A stretch of 18,404 bases of DNA, taken from the NCBI GenBank assembly GCA_041946805.1, contig JBHGBC010000122.1, positions 1-18,404 on the forward strand, in the 5' to 3' direction. Source of the DNA: a bacterium. Its GTDB lineage: Bacteria > Hinthialibacterota > Hinthialibacteria > Hinthialibacterales > Hinthialibacteraceae. Below, one piece after another: positions 7,809-15,241 of this stretch (its first letter is position 1; each line of letters starts with the position of its first letter). The notes under the pieces are model-generated. The model was given only the letters and a program-made list of their open reading frames with translations. It did no database searches and was not told the DNA's origin. The translations under genes and the position numbers were made by a program.

Positions 7809-9608
7809 TCACAACCGGGGGATGGGTTGCGTGGGGTCCAGGATCTGCACGCGGTTCCATTCTTGCTTGGCTTCTTCGATTTTTCCCAGGGATTGATAAA
7901 GCCGCGCGAGCCGGATCCGGTACCGGATGGCGGAGGGATTCAGGTTCACGCAAGACTGAAAGGCCCGGATGGCTTGTTCGGTTTTCCCCAACGTCTCCAG
8001 GCGGCTGGCCAGCATTTCACGCAGCGGCAACTGGCTGGGAAACTGATTCACGGCGGCGCTCAGCACGTCGAGCGACTGCTCCTGGCCGTTTTTCATGAAA
8101 TAGAAATCCGAGAGCCGCTTGATCGCCAGAAACGGAATGTATTCATACCGTTCGGCCAATTGCAGTGAATAATTCAGTTTCTCTACTTCCGCCTGGCTGG
8201 GGAGATTGCCTTCCTGGACCATGTAGTGCGTGGCCGCCGTGGCGTGGATCGCCGCCAGGTCGCCCCGGTACGGCGCGGATTGGAACGCGGACTGGGCGGT
8301 TTGCCACAGATCGGTGGAACGGACCAGCGTGGCGAACCGCGTGAGAGCCCGTTCCGCGCTCCACTCGGGGTAAACGGTCCAGAATCCCATGAGGAGCAGG
8401 AAGGCCGACAAGCCCGCGGCGGCGCCGGGAATCCACAAGGCGCTCAGCGGCTGCCCGGATTCATCCGGCGGGAGGGTCGGCCGGGAGTACGCGTTTTGGG
8501 CGCAGGCCACCGCCAGCCAGGTGAGGGGATGCGTAAAGGCCGCTTTCCAGGCAGGAAGCGCGGAGAGCACCCCCATCACCAGGAGAGACAAGCCGGCGGG
8601 GAGCAGCCGGTCGTCCCGCTTCCGTTCCAGGGCGGATTCGGCGAAGAGAAAGAGAAGGCCCGCGGCCAGGATGAACGGAAAGAGCCCGTCGCGGCTGATC
8701 CGGGCGTTGTCCGAAAACAAGGTTCCGGGCTGCGTGTTGCCCAAGACCTTCAAGGTCACGGATTCCGGCAACAGGTGGTCCCAAAAAGAGAAATACGGAG
8801 TAATCCAGCTCAGTAACGGATTCAACCATCCCAGGCTGCCGGCCGTGACGATCACCAGAATGCCGGCGGCCCAGGCTTGTTTGGCCTTCGCGGTAAGGGT
8901 ATCGGACCAATCGGTCAGGAATAGGAAAAACAGAAAGTGAATCCCGACCAGCGCGAAAACCCCGTTTTCCAGCCAGGGATGAATCGCCAGGGACCAGACG
9001 GCCAGTATGACCCATTGGAATCCCTTGGCCGCTCTTCCCTGCGGGGAAAAGACGAAAACGAACAGCAGCGTAGTGGTCAGGACCAGGGTCAGGTGGGCCA
9101 GCCGGGCGGGCGCGCCGCTGCCAGGGGCCAGGATCGCCTGGGAAAAGGGAAGCGCGGTTTCCTGGTTGGAAAAATCCAGGGGATAGGCGCGGGAGATGAG
9201 GCTGGGGAACCGGTCCAGCGGATAGAAACCGGATGGCGGCGCGATCCCCACGGTGATCCCCCACAGGAGAGCGCAGGCCAGGACCATACCGGGCAGGATG
9301 CGCGCCGGTTGTCCCGCCAGGGCGGCCGCGAAGAGAATTCCCAGCGCCAGGCCCGGCCAGGCGGCGTAGCGGTACCAAAGATCGTCGAGGGTGAAAAAAA
9401 ACAAGATCCCGCCGAGCATCACAACCGGATGGAAGGGCGAAAAAATCGAGGGAATCTCTTCGTCGGGATTGAGATAGTACCGGTCGACGATCCAGCGGCA
9501 GGCCAGAAATCCCAGAACCACCAGGGCCAGCATCCGCCCGCTGGAGGCGACGCCGGTGGCCAGAAAGGGAACGGCTAGGAACGGGAGGAGTCCGAGCAGA
9601 GAGCGCAT
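7809..9608 (-). CDS. Polytopic membrane protein with C-terminal TPR repeats (function unknown)
   Basis: From ATG 9608 (MRSLLGLL..., 599 aa) there are many hydrophobic segments, then TPR-like repeats (LASRLETLGKTEQAIRAFQSCVNLNP; LARLYQSLGKIEEAKQEWNRVQILDP). It overlaps the aroQ 3' end by 34 nt. The ORF-track extension to 9827 is an aroQ off-frame shadow. Confidence 0.78.
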   Translation of the reverse strand: MRSLLGLLPFLAVPFLATGVASSGRMLALVVLGFLACRWIVDRYYLNPDEEIPSIFSPFHPVVMLGGILFFFTLDDLWYRYAAWPGLALGILFAAALAGQPARILPGMVLACALLWGITVGIAPPSGFYPLDRFPSLISRAYPLDFSNQETALPFSQAILAPGSGAPARLAHLTLVLTTTLLFVFVFSPQGRAAKGFQWVILAVWSLAIHPWLENGVFALVGIHFLFFLFLTDWSDTLTAKAKQAWAAGILVIVTAGSLGWLNPLLSWITPYFSFWDHLLPESVTLKVLGNTQPGTLFSDNARISRDGLFPFILAAGLLFLFAESALERKRDDRLLPAGLSLLVMGVLSALPAWKAAFTHPLTWLAVACAQNAYSRPTLPPDESGQPLSALWIPGAAAGLSAFLLLMGFWTVYPEWSAERALTRFATLVRSTDLWQTAQSAFQSAPYRGDLAAIHATAATHYMVQEGNLPSQAEVEKLNYSLQLAERYEYIPFLAIKRLSDFYFMKNGQEQSLDVLSAAVNQFPSQLPLREMLASRLETLGKTEQAIRAFQSCVNLNPSAIRYRIRLARLYQSLGKIEEAKQEWNRVQILDPTQPIPRL

Positions 9609-10024
9609 GCGGCCCGCAATCCCAACAGGTAGCTGTGAACGCCGAAACCGCAGATCAGCCCCGCGGCCACTCCCGAAACGAACGAATGGTGCCGGAATGA
9701 TTCCCGCTTGTGGATGTTCGACAGGTGCACTTCCACGGTGGGGATGCCGGTGCCGGCGATGGCGTCCCGGATGGCGATGGAGGTATGAGTGTAGGCGGCG
9801 GGATTGATGACCAAGGCGCCGGCCCAATCCGCCGCCTCGGCGATCAGGGTCACGATCTCGCCTTCGCCGTTGCGCTGCTCGATGCGCAACGTGGCGTGCA
9901 GTTCATCCGCCAGCGCCTGCAGTTGTTCGTTGATTTCCTGCAAGGAGGTGGTTCCGTAGGTATCGGGCTCCCGTTTTCCCAAGAGACGCAGATTGGGACC
10001 GTGAATGATCAAGATATTCGGCAT
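9575..10024 (-). CDS. aroQ: Type II 3-dehydroquinate dehydratase
   Basis: ILIIHGPNLRLLGKREPDTYG, INPAAYTHTSIAIRDAI, EVHLSNIHKRESFRHHS and GLICGFG..SY; 149 aa. Confidence 0.97.
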   Translation of the reverse strand: MPNILIIHGPNLRLLGKREPDTYGTTSLQEINEQLQALADELHATLRIEQRNGEGEIVTLIAEAADWAGALVINPAAYTHTSIAIRDAIAGTGIPTVEVHLSNIHKRESFRHHSFVSGVAAGLICGFGVHSYLLGLRAACALCSDSSRS

Positions 10025-10113
10025 CGTTACGTTACTAAAACATCCCCGTTATAGGTGCGATGGCTTTGATTCCACCCAAAATATTCCGGCGTTCTCCGTG
10101 AAATCCGGGCTGA

Positions 10114-10141
10114 TTGCATCTTCCCAAACTTTGTTTATACT
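10114..10141 (+). promoter_or_regulatory. Candidate sigma70-type promoter for the O-antigen-ligase-like gene
   Basis: TTGCAT (10114-10119), a 16-nt spacer and TATACT (10136-10141), 66 nt upstream of ATG 10208 in the divergent intergenic region. Confidence 0.45.
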
Positions 10142-10207
10142 ACCACAATTTGCAGGGAAATGGGAATCCTCGCTGATACACCTCAGTTTGAAACAGGATA
10201 AAAGCGT

Positions 10208-13200
10208 ATGAACGCCACCCTATCGCCGGCTTCGTCTTCACCCGCCGCCGCGGCCGATTGGGAACGGGGGGCCGTGCTGCTGGGCCGCTCGATCCTTTTC
10301 CTGATTTCCATCTATGTCCCCACCATCTTCTTCACCTGGACCTGGCAACATTACCAGGTCCCCAAAGTCGCTTCGTTTCAATTCCTGGTGATGGTGCTTC
10401 TCGCCTGTTGGGGCGTGCTGGCGGCCCGCCGGCGTTGCGTGCGCTCGCCCCTGGCCACACCCACGGCCGCTTTCTTTCTTGTGGTGATGGTCACCGCCCT
10501 GGGGGCTGTCAACCTGGCGGAAGCCTGGGAGACGGTGGCGTTTCTCTGCGCCGGCATGGTGTTGATCGTCCTGGCGCCCAAGTTCCTCAACCGCTACCAG
10601 GATTTTGAATTCCTCGCGTATTTGTATGGCTTCCAGTGCCTGATGGTGGACCTCTACGCCCTGGCCCAGTGGTTCGGTTGGAAAAGCGTCTTCGAGTACG
10701 GATCGGCGTTCGGCTTCCGGGACCTGAACACCCCCAAACCGGTTTCGTTCATGGGCAACGAGAACTACGCGGCGGAATTTCTCAACCTGACCATTCCGAT
10801 CTGCATAGCCATGATCATCCACTACCGCCGCCGGCCCGTTCCCTTCATCTTTTTCAGCTTCGTGACGCTGCTCAACGGCGTCACCATGCTCTATATCGAC
10901 TGCAACGCCTCGTACTTAGGCTTTTCCGTTTCCATCCCGGTGACCCTCATCCTGTGGATTTACTATAAGGGTATTCCCTGGTCCCTGAGCCAGGGGATCT
11001 TCCGGGTGTCGCGCGCCACGCTGGAGCGTTGGTTCCGTCACAGCCTGGTGTTGGGTATTTTGGCCTTCTGCGTGGGGGCGACGGTGATCTGTTCGGTCCC
11101 GAATCCCGTCCGCACGCAGCTGGTCTCGATGGGGACCTGGGTGGACGTGGACGGCGACCTGGTGCCCGACGGGGTGGCGCCCATCGTGTTCCGCCTGCAG
11201 TGCATGGACGCGGCCATCCGCAATATCTTCGAATCACCGTTCACGGGCATCGGGGCGGGGAACTTCAAGGTCATGCACCCGTTGTACGAAAGCCAACTCG
11301 AACGCAAGGTGCTGGGCGAAGAGACCCTCGCGCGCAAGGTGCACAACGACCATCTGTGGCACGCCGTGGAGTTCGGCGTTTTCGGGCAGTTCAGCTGGTA
11401 TTGGATCATCACGGCCACGTTTTTCGGCATTTTTGCTTCCTTGCGGATCCTGGCCCATCAAAAACTGCTGACCGCGCGCACCCAGGCGCTGGGCGGCTCC
11501 ACCCGGATGGGGATTTTCACGCCCAACCAGCGGGAGTTTTATTTCTACTTCCAACTGGGCATCGCGGGGGGCTTGTTGACCGCGCTGGTCAGCTGCGCCT
11601 TCGGCCATACCTTCGTGATCGCGTCGGGAACGGTCACCTACTGGATGCTTACAGGCGTGAGCATGGCCGTGTTCCAGAAGATCCAATTCGCCGTCCGGGG
11701 CATTCCCCTCTCTCCCCTGGGAACCACGGAGGAACCGTTGATCCGCCCGCAGCAATGGACCCGCCGGGCGCCCTCCTACGCCGTGGCGGCAGTCCTTTTG
11801 GGATCGGTGATTCCCTTCGGCGTGTTGAACACCTACCAGCTCATCGGCGAGACTTGGCTGCGGCATGGCATGTCCGAACGGGACAACGAGAATTATTACA
11901 CCATGTTCCGCTGCTTCCAGGAAGCGGAACGGATGTACCCCTACCAGATGGAAATCTTTTATATCCTGGGCCGGTACTACATCGACGGGGTGATGGCCAC
12001 CGAGGGCGCGATTTTGGGCGGCGAGCAGGCCTTGGAAAAAATACCCGAGGGTTTACGGCCGGAATACCTCCAGATCTACGACGAGCGGGGCATCGTCACC
12101 CTGCAGACCGACATCTTCATGAATCCCAACTACAAGTGGGCCCACAACAACCTGGGCGTGCTCTACGACCGGTATTACGAACTCATCCGGCCCGATTCCC
12201 CCTTCCGGAAATACTTCACCATCCCCGACCGGCCGGACCAGGTGGCCGCCTTGGAGGAAGCCAGCCGGCAGACCTACCGCCGGGTCTTGCGCATCGACAA
12301 GGAGCAAGTGTACGCGCACTACAACCTGGGCCTGGGGGCCTTCAAGCGGCAGGATTACAAGCAGGCGGTGGACCGCTTGAACATGGCGCTGATGGTCGAT
12401 CCCACCCGGTATGAAATCTACCGTTACCTGGCCCAGTGTTTTATCAACATGGACGATTATCCGCGGGCATACCGGGCGGTCGACAAATATCTCGAGAAGA
12501 CGCTCTTTCAACGCATCACATCGGAGGCCAAGACCTCGGAAGAGCAAAAGAAATATTCCCTCATCCTCCAATGTCTGGAGCGGGGAAACTATCTCCAAGC
12601 CGTCCGCCTGGCCCGGCAACAGCTGAATTGGCAAAGCGACGAACTCAACACGCTGTATCTGAAAATCGCCTCCGAACTGGCCAAGGACAAAAACCAGCAT
12701 GACCTCGCCCTGGAGGCCCTCGAGAAGGCCGTTTGGATGCTCTCATCCCCACCCGGCCAGAATCTCCTCTTTTACGCGAAACTCTATGAATCACTGGGAA
12801 ACCTGGATAAAGCGGTGGAATCCATGGCCGACTATGTCCGCCAACATCCCTCGGAAATCGAATACACCCGGATGCTGCGGAACCTGTACGTGCAACTCGG
12901 CGATATCGGGAAAGCGGCCAAAACATCGGCGGAGCTGGTGTCCCGGGTTACGGACAATTGGCGGGATCTGATCACCCACGCCCGCATCCTGATCGGCAAC
13001 CGAATCCCCTGGGAAGATGTCTTTCCCTACGTCCAACAGGCGGTACGGATCGGCGGCGACGAGGCCCGGAAATCGGTGACCGAGGACCATCCGGGCAATT
13101 TCATCCAGGCGTTCATCGGCGCGGACCCCCGGCTGCAACAATTGCTCGGCCCCGCGTTCGTGAAGCCGTCCTCCCCACCGGAATCCCCGGCTGGTGAAGC

Positions 13201-13348
13201 GGTATCCCCCGCCGCGCCTGATACCATCCCGGATGGCACTCCAGCCGGTGGGCCCGGGAATACGCCGCCCAACGCCTCTTCCGACACGCCGGCTCCCGCT
13301 CCGGAATCTGCCCCGGAGGCCACGGCCGGCGCCGGCGGAGCGCCCTGA
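10208..13348 (+). CDS. O-antigen ligase / O-oligosaccharyltransferase-like (Wzy_C) membrane protein with large C-terminal TPR domain
   Basis: 1046 aa. The polytopic N-terminal half has SFMGNENYAAEFL, RLQCMDAAIRNIFESPFTGIGAGNF and VHNDHLWHAVEFGVFG (Wzy_C-like R..P..G.G.GNF..HN..E.G pattern). TPR repeats follow (AHNNLGVLY, AHYNLGLGAF..DYKQAV..ALMVDP), then a Pro/Ala/Ser/Thr-rich tail. Confidence 0.85.
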   Translation: MNATLSPASSSPAAAADWERGAVLLGRSILFLISIYVPTIFFTWTWQHYQVPKVASFQFLVMVLLACWGVLAARRRCVRSPLATPTAAFFLVVMVTALGAVNLAEAWETVAFLCAGMVLIVLAPKFLNRYQDFEFLAYLYGFQCLMVDLYALAQWFGWKSVFEYGSAFGFRDLNTPKPVSFMGNENYAAEFLNLTIPICIAMIIHYRRRPVPFIFFSFVTLLNGVTMLYIDCNASYLGFSVSIPVTLILWIYYKGIPWSLSQGIFRVSRATLERWFRHSLVLGILAFCVGATVICSVPNPVRTQLVSMGTWVDVDGDLVPDGVAPIVFRLQCMDAAIRNIFESPFTGIGAGNFKVMHPLYESQLERKVLGEETLARKVHNDHLWHAVEFGVFGQFSWYWIITATFFGIFASLRILAHQKLLTARTQALGGSTRMGIFTPNQREFYFYFQLGIAGGLLTALVSCAFGHTFVIASGTVTYWMLTGVSMAVFQKIQFAVRGIPLSPLGTTEEPLIRPQQWTRRAPSYAVAAVLLGSVIPFGVLNTYQLIGETWLRHGMSERDNENYYTMFRCFQEAERMYPYQMEIFYILGRYYIDGVMATEGAILGGEQALEKIPEGLRPEYLQIYDERGIVTLQTDIFMNPNYKWAHNNLGVLYDRYYELIRPDSPFRKYFTIPDRPDQVAALEEASRQTYRRVLRIDKEQVYAHYNLGLGAFKRQDYKQAVDRLNMALMVDPTRYEIYRYLAQCFINMDDYPRAYRAVDKYLEKTLFQRITSEAKTSEEQKKYSLILQCLERGNYLQAVRLARQQLNWQSDELNTLYLKIASELAKDKNQHDLALEALEKAVWMLSSPPGQNLLFYAKLYESLGNLDKAVESMADYVRQHPSEIEYTRMLRNLYVQLGDIGKAAKTSAELVSRVTDNWRDLITHARILIGNRIPWEDVFPYVQQAVRIGGDEARKSVTEDHPGNFIQAFIGADPRLQQLLGPAFVKPSSPPESPAGEAVSPAAPDTIPDGTPAGGPGNTPPNASSDTPAPAPESAPEATAGAGGAP

Positions 13349-13422
13349 GGTTCCCGGCGCGCCGTATTACACGGCTTCCACAATCAATTGCACCTGCGCG
13401 GATCGAGCCGCGGCGGACCACC

Positions 13423-14568
13423 ATGCGGGTATTGTTCATCGGACATAACGGCTACGGATATCCCCACACCCGCGTGCGGTGTTACCACTTCGCCCGCGCG
13501 CTGGCGGCCCTGCCGGGAATTGAAACCGCCGTGCTCTCGTTCCGGGACGACCTCGCCCCCCACAAGTCCGAAGCCGCCATGTACGATAACCTGCGGGACC
13601 GGGATAAACTGGTGCTGACGGGCAAGGCGGCGTTCCGGCTGTTGGGCGAACGGAACACGCTGCTGTATATCCAAAAAGCCCATTTCCACGCGGCCGCCCC
13701 GTACCTGCTCCACCGGTTGGGGTGGCTTCCCCGCTATGTCTTGGATTATGACGACTACGACATCCCGCTGTCCAATTTCTTTGGCCGGGGCTTATGGAAC
13801 CAGATCTTTTTCGGCAGCCGCCGCTGGGACGAGATCACCTTCCGCCTGGCCCGGCAGGCCATGGGTTGCGTGGCGGCCAGCCACGAGCTGGTAAACCTGC
13901 TCCGGGAACACAATCCGCGCGTGGAGTTCATTCCCACCGGCGTCGACGGCGAGGTATTTTCCCCGCCCGCGTCACGTCCCGCGCGGGACCGGTTGGTTTT
14001 CTTGTGGAACGGCCTGGTCTGGGGCCCTCCGATCGTCCATAACCTGATGCTGCTCTTCCGCGCCTTCCAGCGCGCGCTGCCCCGGATCAGCCACGCCGGA
14101 TTGCGGATCGTGGGCGGGGGCGCGGAGTGGGAAGCGATCCGGGCACGGACCGCGAACGAGTTCCCGGGGGTGCCCGCCGAGTGGCTGGACTGGGTGGATC
14201 CTCATGAAATGCCCGGACTGCTGCGGGACGTGGACGTCGGCCTGTTGCCGGCGGCCGGCGATGACCTCTGGCTGAAATGCAAAAGCCCGACCAAAATGTA
14301 TGAATACATGGCCGCGGGATTGCCGGTGATCGCCACGGCGGAAGGCGAGGCCGTGTACGCCCTGCGGCACCTGGAATCCGGTTATCTCGCGGATGACGAA
14401 ACCGTCTTCGCGGAGGGCATCGTCCAGCTCGCGAACGATCCCGCTCTGCGCCATCGCCTGGGCCAAGGCGCGCGAAAACGGGTGGAAGCGGAATATGCCT
14501 TGGATGTGCTCGCCCCGCGGCTCTACCGGTTTTTACGCGAACTCGATCGGAGGGAGGATCTTCATTAA
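13423..14568 (+). CDS. Glycosyltransferase family 4 (GT-B)
   Basis: MRVLFIG start, LDYDD, IPTGVD, LRIVGGG, DVGLLP, KSPTKMYEYMAAGLPVIAT and LRHRLGQGARKRVE. Confidence 0.92.
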   Translation: MRVLFIGHNGYGYPHTRVRCYHFARALAALPGIETAVLSFRDDLAPHKSEAAMYDNLRDRDKLVLTGKAAFRLLGERNTLLYIQKAHFHAAAPYLLHRLGWLPRYVLDYDDYDIPLSNFFGRGLWNQIFFGSRRWDEITFRLARQAMGCVAASHELVNLLREHNPRVEFIPTGVDGEVFSPPASRPARDRLVFLWNGLVWGPPIVHNLMLLFRAFQRALPRISHAGLRIVGGGAEWEAIRARTANEFPGVPAEWLDWVDPHEMPGLLRDVDVGLLPAAGDDLWLKCKSPTKMYEYMAAGLPVIATAEGEAVYALRHLESGYLADDETVFAEGIVQLANDPALRHRLGQGARKRVEAEYALDVLAPRLYRFLRELDRREDLH

Positions 14569-14778
14569 GATTCATCCGGTACATGCGTACTTTTTTCCGA
14601 TGACTGGTTCGTATTTCTTCGCCATGATCGATGAAAAGCAATCCCCAAATTCCCTCTCCCTCTGGGAGAGGGCCAGGGTGAGGGAATTTTTTATAGGGGC
14701 GGACTTCGGTCTCCGCCCTCATCCAGGGGCGAATGGAATCAATTTTACCTCATCAGGTATGTACTTTTCGGATGAACC
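14569..14778 (+). mobile_element. 210-bp MITE-like repeat, full copy B
   Basis: Left end GATTCATCCGGTACATGCGTAC (14569-14590) starts directly after the GT4 TAA; right end GTATGTACTTTTCGGATGAACC (14757-14778) is its inverted repeat (15/22). Perfect CCCTCTCCC-TCT-GGGAGAGGG hairpin at 14652-14672 and ATAG-GGGCGGA..TCCGCCC hairpin at 14693-14718. Confidence 0.82.
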
Positions 14779-15035
14779 ATAAAAAACTAACAGGATTCGA
14801 ACCTTTTGTCGGTGTGGGGCCACGGCGGTTTTTCGACTTGTTTTCCATGCATTTGAGTTCGGGAAATCCGATGATCAGAAAAAATGAAACAGGACAGATT
14901 ATCAAGTGGTCACCGGATCAGGCTCAATTGCGGATTCAGATGTTGCCCATTTCTTATATAAATAGGGAGACGATGGCGGCATCTATATTTTCCAACTATA
15001 AAAATCAAGCGGGAGAGAACCATGGGAAACTGTGA
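14779..15035 (+). pseudogene. Probable 3' remnant of an AT-rich gene of unknown function whose 5' part is missing at the repeat boundary
   Basis: An open frame (KKLTGFEPFVGVGPRRFFDLFSM...) runs from the repeat's right end to TGA 15035. The ORF-track start 14733 lies inside the repeat. Local GC is low (22/60 in line 14941-15000). Confidence 0.4.
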
Positions 15036-15210
15036 CGACTATCAAATAAATAAAGAAGATGTTCTACGCTACTTGGAATGGGCTACGGAAACTGTTCGGT
15101 CCGGGCCGGAATGGGAGCAACATTTATTGGGCCCCGCGACTCCGGAAGAAAGGCAAAGAAGGCTCGATATCATAAAAGCCAGGAAAAAAACGGATTCCTG
15201 CAATTCATAG
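15022..15210 (+). CDS. Small hypothetical protein (62 aa)
   Basis: GGAG RBS 6 nt before ATG 15022, 14-nt overlap with the upstream ORF end, and a charged helical-looking sequence in the AT-rich islet. Confidence 0.5.
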   Translation: MGNCDDYQINKEDVLRYLEWATETVRSGPEWEQHLLGPATPEERQRRLDIIKARKKTDSCNS

Positions 15211-15241
15211 TCGAGAAGGTTTTTTTCTTTCCCCCCCGGTC

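Noticed and set aside
9609..9827. 73-aa His/Arg-rich N-terminal extension of the 7809..9827 ORF
   Set aside because: It lies wholly within aroQ in another frame and has the composition of an off-frame read. The hydrophobic protein starts at ATG 9608.
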